From the NCBI GenBank assembly GCA_030704615.1, contig CM060732.1, forward strand, positions 29,698,001 through 29,762,000: a stretch of 64,000 nt of DNA. The letters are read 5' to 3'. Made by a program: the position numbers and the translations under genes. Origin of the DNA: Takakia lepidozioides (lineage: Eukaryota; Plantae; Bryophyta). Under the pieces are notes generated by a model. The model worked only from the letters and a program-made list of their open reading frames with translations. It had not been told where the DNA came from and did no database searches. Positions 26,881 through 37,062 of this stretch are shown here, piece by piece (position 1 is the first letter of the stretch; the number at the start of each line of letters is the position of its first letter).

Positions 26881-29029
26881 GTGGTAGCCAGGCTTCCTGA
26901 AGGAGGTAGAAGGACGCCGTGCACGTTTGAGGACAGACAATCCCTTGCACAGCAACTCCCGAAGTTGAAGATTTCTCCAAAGAACGAGCACAATGGCCAT
27001 AGTTACCAAAACGTCTGGTACAGTTGTAACGACCATGCTTGCAAGATTGCAATCGGATTTAACGAACAGTTCGGATGAACTGACTCCCTTGTCATTCCTT
27101 CCAGGATTCTTGCTGTGAGTGGATCTTCACATTCTATAAGGGAGGCGGACGGAGTGGATTGTAGCCCAAGATATTTTCGTGCTGGGAGCTCAAAATGTTG
27201 TTTTATAGTGGAGAATGCTAGAATTCGCAGGGAACCATGGACAGGGAACCAAGACGATTATTGTAATAGATTTTTTCATTTGAATGACATATATTATTGT
27301 GAAGAAGAGCCTTTTGGCCATAACTTTGTCATACAAAGGCTGTTTACCTCAAATTTGCGCGGTACCTGCAAATTGTGGAAATCTACATATTCAGACCTGT
27401 TTTAGTTTTCTGGACTCTGCTAAAATATCTATGGAATTTTTTTGAGTGTAGTGTGTGGATGTTATAAAGATCCACAACTTTGTTTCAGCTAGAACCTGTT
27501 GTGGTCTACATGAGACACAATTTGTGGATGTCCTCCTTGTATGGCTGGGGGCAATGAGGACGTAATTGAAGGGCAGGTCTCTTCTCTTAGCCTGTGCACA
27601 CACTGAGACATTTATGTTTCTCTCAGGAACTCAGACTTTGCTTGAGTGGAGAGCAGTTGGACGAGTGATTGCATACTGGGAGTCAGGCATTGCAATAGAC
27701 CAAACTGCTGTAGTTGGCGTTGAGGGCCTCAATATTGCTTTGGCCAGTCAAAACTCTGTTGGAGCAAGCAGTTCTGCTGCTGTAGGTGAATACCAAAGTG
27801 GGTGAAAGCTAGGCTTGGAACACAGCCAAGACAGCCCCCGGGACCAAGGTGTTCACCCACAATCCGTGGTGTACTGGAGCTAGGAGCAGGAGCTGCACAA
27901 GTTGGCAGTCAGACATGGTTGCAGTCGGATACGCTCTTCCCGAGGCAACCACGAGCGGGGGTTCATTAGCAATAACAATTTGTTTTGCTTGAAGGAGATG
28001 CAGTCATTCGCAATGGGACACCCGCAACCGTGTCAAAGCTTTCGAGTTGAGAGACTATCGACCCTACCTTTGTTTTCCTTTAGTGTTTCAGTTGAGCGGG
28101 AGTGGGGAGTATTGCTTTGTCTCTACCTGGCAGAAAGAGGAGGAGGGTTGGTTAGAGCGAGCTACTGTAGCTTTGGACATGTTAGGTGCGCAGGGTGGCA
28201 GGTTCTGGAATAGATATCCTCTACACCTTACCATCACGCAGAGCGAGGCCTTTGAGAAAGTCCTGGAAGTTAGAGGCATAGATCAGGATTAAGATCTTGC
28301 TTGGGCGGACTTCCTTTCTTCCCTCCATCTTTGTACTATTTCATTACTTGTACTCGTAGTTGCCAAAGCCTCTCTGGTGGAGGCCAGTCAGTCCGGGGTT
28401 TTGGGCTGGGATATTCTGCTTGGCACGATCAGCATTGCAGCTGGATTTTGGTGTGTGGGTGTTGATGTTTTTTTGATTTCTTGTGTTTGGATCCCCCCTA
28501 CACCTGCATGCTTGACTCTGTGCGCCATGTTGGTTTTGTGTGGTCGCCTTGCTTCTAGGGATTAGGCCGGATTTGATCACCGTCAATCCTAGGTATGTTG
28601 TCGGTGGTGGGCTGGAGTGATGACCAGCCAGACCCAGTGTTTCTTTTATGGTGAGACTGGGTTGATGACCAGCCAACCATAGAGTTCTTGCGGTGGATGC
28701 AGGTGTAGTGTGCCCGAGTCCACTGGGATATGACCCTTAAACTGCAACAGGTGCCTACCCGTTCACTATTAGAATTATATAGAGCCTTGTATGTCACGTG
28801 GGGAGGTGCACATTGTGAGTGTCATCACGGAGTTACCCAGGGGTTCTGAGGGAGTACGCTACAGGCAGTAGCAGTGAGAGTGGGTTTCACCATGCGAGTG
28901 TAGTTTCAGACCACCTTCACCTCCACCCTCCAACTATGCAAACGAGTCAAACACAACTCGGAGGCTTCATCAACGGTGTGCAGTTTCATTTGCCATTGTT
29001 GTGGGACGACATGGAGGAGATGTATGGAG

Positions 29030-29990
29030 CTACCAGGGGCCTCGTAGGTACTCTGGAGCTGTGGGCACAATCGGTTGGATGACTTTATCCAGGAGCTTCG
29101 ACAATGGTGTGATTTGCAGGCAGATGCGCAATCCACAGCTATTCACCCATTCATGGCGTGGAAGGGACTGTTCCAGCCTTTGGAGGCTCGCCTATGGACG
29201 ATTACCACGAGTTTCAGGCGAGGACATGAAGCAGAGAATTGAGGAGTGGAGGATGTATTGGTCACTTGACTACGTCTCCATTACTCGATGCACGACGCGA
29301 CCAGTAGCTGCATCAGCGTAACAATATCTCCAACTGCCAGCACTAATAGTGGAACAAGTAGTGCCGGTACTTCTGCAGGTGGACCTATTTCAAAAAGGTG
29401 CTACTCTCCTCCTGCCACGACTACAACACATGTGGCCTAGATTCACCCGGTGGTGAGTTCTTCCAGGAGTTGCGGAGGAACTACCAAGGTGTACGGACTG
29501 AGAAGCTGCGAAGTTTTGCAATACTTCCAGCGCAAACCAGAGAGCCTGCGAGAGGCGTCATTCTATGAGGCGCTTGATCAGTGTGACCCAAGGGTTACTG
29601 AAGCTCAGGCAATCCAGTTTTGGTCTGGATTTTGGACAAGGAGCTCAGAGAAGGGTGCGAGATGCAACCCTGTTACAAGCACAGCCCAACCCCACATTAG
29701 CAGATGTGTTTTGGGCTGGCTGAGCGGATTGAGCTCAACATGGTGGAGGAGCGAGTTGTTTACCATTGGATTTGTAAGGACATGCCTGCATGAGGTGTAG
29801 CTGCCAGCCCCACAGGCACAAGGGACTGCCAACAGTGTTGTCAGGGGGCAAGGTTTCCCACCCAAGTTCCATGGAGCTTACAGGGGACCTCAGGTGCAGA
29901 GGCCCGTGGCATCTTTTGCAGGCCAACATCATCCAGGGGGATATGTTGGACATGTGGAGTACCCATGTCAAGAGAGATTGCCCAGAGATT
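29030..29990 (+). pseudogene. Decayed gag of element X
   Basis: Frameshifted RPRRYSG..LDDFIQE..NWCD-like capsid region; zinc knuckle remnant CWTCGVP-HVKRDCP at ~29944-29983. Confidence 0.6.
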
Positions 29991-30999
29991 GGCAAAAGGC
30001 CGCACACAGCACAGCCTGCACAGTTGCGTGTGGGCATTGTTGCAGAGTATGGGCATGAAGATGCCCGTGTCATGACTTGTGCATCCTTAGTTGCGCCCAG
30101 GCCAGTTCCAAGGGAACAATGGTGGCCGGGGCGAGCCCAGAGAAGACGAGGTGGTCGGTGCACGAGTGCAGGCCAAGGCAAGCTCAACATGGCCAGGACG
30201 CGGAGGTCACGTGTCTTGACCAAGGCCGGCCAAGCCGGCTTCATCAGCAGCTAGAGCAAAGCTCGCTGCCATGGATACAATTCAGGCGTACCGGCTCCCA
30301 AGCGGATGGTCCACCTCCTACGCCTAAGGGAGGAGATATGGGAGGCAATGGATTCATGTGCGAGGGCAGCACTACCACTAGTGCAGGTGAAGTCTGCTAC
30401 CAAGCCGTGACCGAGGAGCAGCACGAGTTCCTGAGCCAAAATGGTCAGAGGTGGAATTGGATCCACAGCGTGGGGATGACAAGCCGTCAGGCAATGCTTC
30501 CTCAGTCATTCACATTGGCGAGACTGTGTCGACGCCATCGATTGCACCTAGTTCGCCTACTGTTACCGAGGCGGAGGTTACATGCCATTGTGGGAGAACT
30601 ACCACGTGCGCACTGACACCCTGCTATCAAGGCTATACAACCGGTGTGTTTTGGGGGCAGCCACCTCTAGTGTCAAAGCCCCACTGTTTTCGGCAACCAT
30701 GATTGCGACGCCGGGGGTAAGCCAGCTGCAGGTGTTCAACTAGCAGCAACACTCTGTGAGAGTGGGGAGGTCACTTCACTTGTCTTCTCGGAGTTACTGA
30801 AGGTGTAGTGGCAGAGGGTATCCTCAGATTTGAGGGTCAAGACTGCCACGGCTGGGACCTGGCAAGTACACCAGCTACCAGGTGTGACGGAGCTGCCAGC
30901 TAGGCCAGCCTTTGAGCGCGCCATGGTACACCTAGTTGTCGTGTTTAGACAACCAGGATGGGCATTTTCCTCTTTGAGTGGACACGCAGTCAGAAGTAC

Positions 31000-31350
31000 C
31001 GGCCACTGTGGTCTTGTTGGACCCGGGGGCTCAGCCACTGATTTTGGGCAGGCTGCTATTGCAGGTTTGGGCCTCATGGAGGCAGATATTGAGCCTTCTT
31101 CTTTCCAGATACAGACATCTCTGGGAGGATCATAGCAGGCTCGGGGCATGACACGGCGTGAGTTGGTCATTGGACTACAAGCAGATCATCCTGTAGATGG
31201 CTCAGTGATGCAGCCCAAGGCCATTGTGACAGACGCGGTCTTCTTACGATGTCCTCTCGTTGGTGGGGTAGTTTATATCCCATGGGCTTCACCCTGCTTT
31301 TTGGAGGAGTCAGCATCCTACACGGCACTAGAAGAAATGGCATCAGGGTG
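31000..31350 (+). pseudogene. Decayed aspartic protease of element X
   Basis: VLLDPGAQPLILG at ~31011-31049, a degenerate LLD(S/T)GA motif. Confidence 0.6.
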
Positions 31351-31726
31351 GTCGTCGTGCACAGCTCCCTGTGACATTCATTGGGGTATTGTGGCTGCCC
31401 ACCGGGCAAGATGCCAACACTAGCCCCTTTACAGCTGCAGTAGTTGGCCGAGAGTGCTGGAAGGCAATGCCCATGCAGAGGAGTTCCCACCCTCCAGCAG
31501 AGCAGGATGACATGCATGGTATGTCGGAGTTACCTGCCATGGTGCTCACCTCCATTGTGGGGTACAAGCAAGGATTTGCAAAGCAGGTTGCTGATCGAGA
31601 CGGGTTCAACAACCTGGGTAAGGCTTTTTAATACCATCAGGAGAGGAGGAGAGTGCGGGTATTGCACCAGGACCACCTCAGTTGTCACCATTGGATATCA
31701 CACCTATTGTGTCATTATATGGATAA

Positions 31727-32650
31727 GGCATTTGCCTTCTGGACTTGTTTGGCGTGATCAGCAACCGGATGCCTGCTTGTGCTAACGTAGGTGTGGCGGG
31801 TAGGCATTACCTGTATGTGGAGAGGGATGAGACTGCACGACGCGTCTCACTGCGCCATGTGCTCATTGGTACAGCAGTACCCTGACTTGTTTGCCTGGTG
31901 TCTGCAGTTTCGTGTACCAACAAGGCCTTGCCAATGCAAACATTTCCTTGTTGGGGGGGGCGCAGGATTTGGAGCAGTTTGGCTCCTTGATCTGATAGTG
32001 CGGTTGGCCGCCAAAGCATTCATCAACCGGGCATGGCAATGGATTGTGAGACTCAAAGACGGTCTGCTTTGGGAGATGGTGCGGGTTTTGCGCCACTTGC
32101 AAGCTTCATCAAGCGGTATCTCCAGCATACATCTTGGAGAATGTGCCACTAATGGGTGATTCTCGGGCCAGTGGCATCAAGTCCGGTCGTGGCTTGGGGC
32201 AGCAGTGTTGCTGGATGCAGCTGCAGTGGGGTCACGTGCTCATCGTCCACGCTTTTGGTGGACTAACTTGATGCCACCCCGCCTGCTCAGCGTGCACAGC
32301 GGCCAGCACACCTCACCGTGGATGGCATTTTGGACATATGGAGGCTGTCTCAACGTGTGAGACACGATGACCGTTCGCCTTTGGCAGTGGTCAACAGGGT
32401 GGGTCAACCACGAGCAACATTACCTACACTGCTCAGCTTCCCATCCCATGCTTTTCGGGATGGTGTACCTGGCCTCTTGTGGGATAGCCAGTTGCAACAG
32501 TTAGTGGAGCCTAATGCCGACGAGCGAGAGCGGGCTATGGGATTTTCCACTGGGACCACGGTGGTGCCTTCTCTTTCTGAGGCATCACGTCGTCAGGTGT
32601 TGGGGCAAGCAATGGATCTCAATTGCTTGACATGGATTATCAACTTGGCT
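31727..32650 (+). pseudogene. C5 cytosine DNA methyltransferase domain within Pol (decayed)
   Basis: Motifs in order: I ICLLDLFG (31730), II YLYVERD (31808), IV DLIV-GWP (catalytic PC eroded, ~31990-32012), VI YILENVP (ENV 32137-32145), VIII GSRAHRPRFWWTNL (~32229-32270), IX ERERAMGF (32522), X LGQAMD (32600). Confidence 0.85.
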
Positions 32651-33106
32651 ATGGCTGAGCAATGTAGAGTGCGGAGTGCACTTCCCTTGATGGTCTCTCT
32701 GCCTACCGAGACGGTACAGGCAGCGAGTGGGGGCGAGCCGGTGAGGACCACGGGGTGTAGACATCCATGGCACACGTGGGAGGTGCTCGAGGTTCAGAGG
32801 GAGTTGGCAGCCAAGGCAGCTGTGATGGATGAGGTTGGGGATTCTTCTCGGGATGAGGAGGTTCTCAATGATGAGATGATGGGGCAGGATGAGGCCTTGT
32901 CATTGACTGAGCAGGAATGGAGTACTGCTCAGGAGGTTACAGCATAGCAACCACGGGACGCGTCCTCTACCTCTAAGCCCACTGGACTTAAGGTTGCAGT
33001 TACGGAGGACAATTGGGAGCCTGACATTGGACCCATTGTCACCGGAGGAGAGAGACGACGTATACGGCGGTTCCTGAGGGCTTACAGGAATTGCTTTGCC
33101 TTCAGT

Positions 33107-36072
33107 TTGAAGGTCTTGGGAGCACTGAAGGGTCAAGAGATCCGTATTGAGTTGGCCACTGACACGCCAATCTTTCGGAGACCCTATAGATACAGTGACA
33201 TGGAGAGGTCTTTGAATCAGATGAGGACTCAAGATCTCTGGGAGGCAGGTTTGGTGGAGCTCTCTGGTGGAGAGTATGCTTCAGCCACAGTGATGCCAGC
33301 CAAGAAGGATATCTATGGCAATTGGACGGAGAGACGTATGTGCGGTGATTACCGGCCTGTAAATCGTCAGACCAAGTCCGATAGGTATGCCATGCCGACA
33401 CCAGAGGAGATCTTTGATGCCATTGGGCATTCCAAGGTCTTTAGCACGTTGGATTTACGATCCGGATATCACCAGTTGCCGATCAAAGAGGCGGATAAGC
33501 AAAAGACGACATTCTGGGGGATCAATGAGCACGGAAAGGATTGCCTATACCAGTGGCGGTTCTTACCATTTGGGCTTAAAAACGCTCCCGCTCAGTTTCA
33601 AAGAGTCATGGACAGGATTATAGCAGAGCTGGAGTTTGCTCGATGCTACATAGATGACATCATCATCTTTAGTGCTACAGTGGAGGAGCATGAGAGACAC
33701 CTTCAGGGGGTATTTGAGCGCTTGAGGACGCACGGATTGAAGTTACATCCGGGCAAGTGCAAGTTTTTCCACAACCAGATTGAGTATCTGGGTCACATGA
33801 TATATCCTGGAGGATTGGGGGTACAGCAAACTAAGGTAGAGTCCATTGCACAGGTTCCACGCCCCACGGATGTGAGCCGAGTTTGAGCTTTCATGGGGTT
33901 AGCAAACTATTACAGACGGTTTGTTAAGGGATTTAGTGCCATTGCAAAGGCTCTAACCAAGCTGACCAAGGTGGACCAGGAGTGGCAGTGGGAAGATGAG
34001 CAAGAACAAGCTTTTCAAGAGCTCAAGGCGAGGTTGACCTCGGCGCCCATCTTGAGACGACCTATCAGGGGGCGTCCTTTTCAGCTGCATACAGATTGGA
34101 GCATGTTGGGGCTTGGAGCGGTGCTCACACAGGTGGATGATGAGGGAAGAGAGTTCGTAGTGGCTTATGCCAGCCGCTCGAACAATGCTGCAGAGTCTAA
34201 GTATAGCTCATATGAGGGAGAATGCTTAGCTGCAGTGTGGGCCGTGGCACACTTCAGGTGCTATCTATACAGCAATCTCTTCACCCTTGTCACGGATCAC
34301 CAACCACTCAAGTGGTTGATGGAGTCAGACAAGCTTACGGGGAAGCTTGCACGGTGAGCACTCATCTTTCAAGAGTATGACTTTCAGGTGGTGCATCGAC
34401 CGGGTTTGGTCAATCGCAATGCAGATGGGTTGAGTCGCAATCCATGCACGAGCCAGCAGGATGACACTGGAGCTCGGTGGCATGGTGAGACGGACGAGGA
34501 GATGGTGCCCGGATGGCATGCATCTGCATTTCTGTGTATCTTGGCAACGGAAGGTCAGGTTGGACCTGCAACAGGGATGACTGTAGATCAAGTGTCTGAG
34601 GACCCTGAGGCCAGCAATGAGCAAGGTGGCGCCAAAGATATACATGAGGATTCAGTTGTGTTGGACTACCTCCGCACTGGAGACACTGCAGCCACTGTGA
34701 CTGCCAAGGAGAGGGATCGGATCCTACAACGAGCCAAGAGGTTCAAGTGGGAGGGGACACACCTGCTCCGAGTGTGGGAGGATGGTCAAGTGAGGATTGT
34801 GCCTCACCCAACACAGCGGGCACGGTTAGTGCGGCATGCCCACAAGGAGTTGGGGCATTTTGGGGTGCGACGCACCCATGGCCTACTGCAAGGGCAGTAT
34901 TGGTGGCGTGGTATGCACACAGAGGTGCAACAATTTGTGGCTAGGTGCATGGTGTGTGACAGGGTGCGTGCTTCATTCAACGCCCCTACTCCACAATTGC
35001 ACCCTCTTCCGATCATGGGATTGGGCTACAGGTGGAGTCTTGACTTCGCAGGGCCGTTGCCACTGACCATGCGTCACAACAAGTACGTGTTGGTGATGGT
35101 GGAGCACTTCTCCAAATGGATTGAGTTGGTTCCATTGCCTGATAAGGCTAGTGAGGGAGCTGCGTATGCATTCTTGGATTGTGTCCTTAGCCGATTCAGT
35201 GCTCCAGCTGAGGTACTCACGGACCAAGGGAGAGAGTCCTTGGGGGAGTTTCAGGCTTTGTGTGACAAGGCCTTGATAGACCACCGCACCACTTCTCGGG
35301 ATCATCCTGAGGCCGATGGCTTGGCAGAGAGAGTTGTTCAGACAGTAAAGAGGGGTTTGCGCAAGTATGGCTTGCAAAAGGGACACCTAGGAGATTGGGA
35401 CCTTCAGTTACCCTGGTTAGCCATGGGCTACAGGTTCAGCAAGCAAGCATCACTTGTCTCCTTCTCACCATACTTTCTTCTCTTTGGCCGAGAGCCGGAT
35501 TTGCCTATATCCATTCGCAGAGAAGCTGCTACACTTCTTAATCTTGACGATCCGGACGTGTGGGCATGTGCATGTGAGCAGCGTGCAGAGTTGTTCAAGA
35601 AAGTCATGCCCATGGCTTTCGAGAACCTTGCCATTACACAGCACTGTGATACGTTGAGGTATGCTACCATACGTGGTGGGGGCTATCGTCCTGGGGTTCG
35701 GAGATTCAACCCTGGTGACTATGTCTATCTGCAGCAGACTGCTCCTATGACCTTGGATGTGACTGCAAGACGTGTTATTTTGAGGGTTCGAGAGGTCTTG
35801 CCCTCAGGCGTCTTGGTCTTGGAGGGTCGGGATGGCATAACTTGGAAGGACCATGTGCGTAATTGTGCGCCATGTCACCTTCCGAATGTTGATGGCAGGA
35901 TTGACCCAAACCTGGCAGTGGTATCTGCAAGTTTGAGGTGCATGTTGTGTGGGTCTGCTAAAGGGGCAGCCACCATGCTGGTGTGTGATCGATGCTCTAG
36001 AGGTTGGCAATGGGATGTTTGACTCCACCTCTTGAGATGGTTCCGGATGGGGATTGGTTATGTCCACAATGC
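33107..36072 (+). pseudogene. Pol: reverse transcriptase, RNase H, DDE integrase, C-terminal PHD finger
   Basis: LDLRSGYHQ, PFGLKNAP, YIDD (33647-33658); TDWS...SYEGECLA...TDHQPL; HHCC, LDFAGP, TDQG, GLAER; CxxC...CDRC...CLTPPL..VPDGDWLCPQC. In-frame stops at 33884 and 34355; frameshift near 36009. Confidence 0.95.
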
Positions 36073-36340
36073 ATTGGACAGTGGGAGTGGATACAACCAT
36101 GGAAGGCTAACAAGCAACGCAAGGCCCAGCTACATGAGACCTTGAATACACGAGGTCCTGGCTCAAGTTCACAGATTGCAAGACGGCGATTAACGATGGG
36201 GCTACTCTTGTACCCGGCCTCTTGGTCAATAGAGTTTGAGTACAATAGGGACAGTGATAGAGGACCTAGTACGGCTGTGGCTATTACATCTTGTAGTTAT
36301 CTGGAGTTAGAGGGACCTATCCACCAACTAGGGGGGCGAT

Positions 36341-36503
36341 TGTGGCAGACTACTTTATTGTGTGGATTTCATGTTGTTTCTGGTGTGAACAGTGTGTCTC
36401 TTAGCTTGTTCTATCAATTGTGGCAGACTACTTTATTGTGCATATATGTGTGGTGTGGTTTGGACAGCGATGTAGTTGTGTAGCGATATGTATGCGCACG
36501 ACA
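36341..36503 (+). repeat. 3' terminal repeats of X: A start, B end, AT, A (internally deleted A-B-A)
   Basis: PPT AGGGGGGCG-AT at 36330-36340; 36341-36362 = 36419-36440; 36363-36416 = 25368-25421; the A end matches Y's A end. Confidence 0.8.
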
Positions 36504-37062
36504 CAACCCTATGATGGGTAAATGATGCAATCGTGGCGTAGGGGCGTTGAATGAAGCACGCACCCTGTCACGCACCCTGTCACACACCATGCACCTAGCC
36601 TCGAACTGTTGCACCTCTGTATGCATACCACGCCACCAATACTGCCCTTGTAGTAAAATGCGAGTGCGTCGCACTCCAAAATGCCCCAACTCCTTATGGG
36701 CATGTCGCACTAATCATACACGTTGTGTTGGGTAAAGCACAATCCTCACCCGGCCATCCTCCCACAAAAAGTAAACGTATGACGCCTCCCGAAGGGAACG
36801 TAACTTATAGTATCACTTGATCCCGGAGGGCTATTGCCTTGCAGCAGGAAGGTGGATACCTTTGTGACACACTAGATGGTGGTTTGAACCCAGAACCACA
36901 TCCAACGTGGTATGTGCCCATTACCACTAGGCTACATGCTGGTTGTCCATCCTCCCACACTCGGAGCAGGTGTGCCCCCTCCCACTTAAACTTCTTGGCT
37001 TGTTGCAGGATCCAATCTCTCTCCTTGACAATCACAATGGCTGCCGTGTCTCCAGTACGGAA
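36504..37062 (-). mobile_element. Upstream part of element Y integrase, 5'-truncated and interrupted by a SINE
   Basis: RTGDTAA...FKWEGAHLLRVWEDG / HAHKELGHFG...RASFNAPTPRLHHLPIIGL; continues into 25065. Confidence 0.85.
36767..36946 (-). mobile_element. tRNA-derived SINE (~180 bp)
   Basis: 13-bp TSD CCATCCTCCCACA (36754-36766, 36947-36959); A-box TAGCCTAGTGG, B-box GGTTCAAACC, T-rich 3' end. Confidence 0.8.

Larger units (their letters stand above)
25066..36503 (+). mobile_element. Full-length decayed Ty3/Gypsy element X (gag-PR-DNMT-RT-RH-INT-PHD) with split terminal repeats
   Basis: Starts TGTC, ends GACA; CAAC TSD at 25062-25065 and 36504-36507; removing it restores Y's integrase frame (PIIGLGYRW). 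Confidence 0.88.

Noticed and set aside
32945-34357. Programmed readthrough at the in-frame Pol stops
   Set aside because: The stops are explained by single transitions (CAG>TAG, CGA>TGA, TGG>TGA), two of them inside conserved regions.
25066-36503. DIRS/Ngaro classification suggested by the split repeats
   Set aside because: It encodes a protease and an HHCC/DDE integrase, has a TSD, and shows no tyrosine recombinase.
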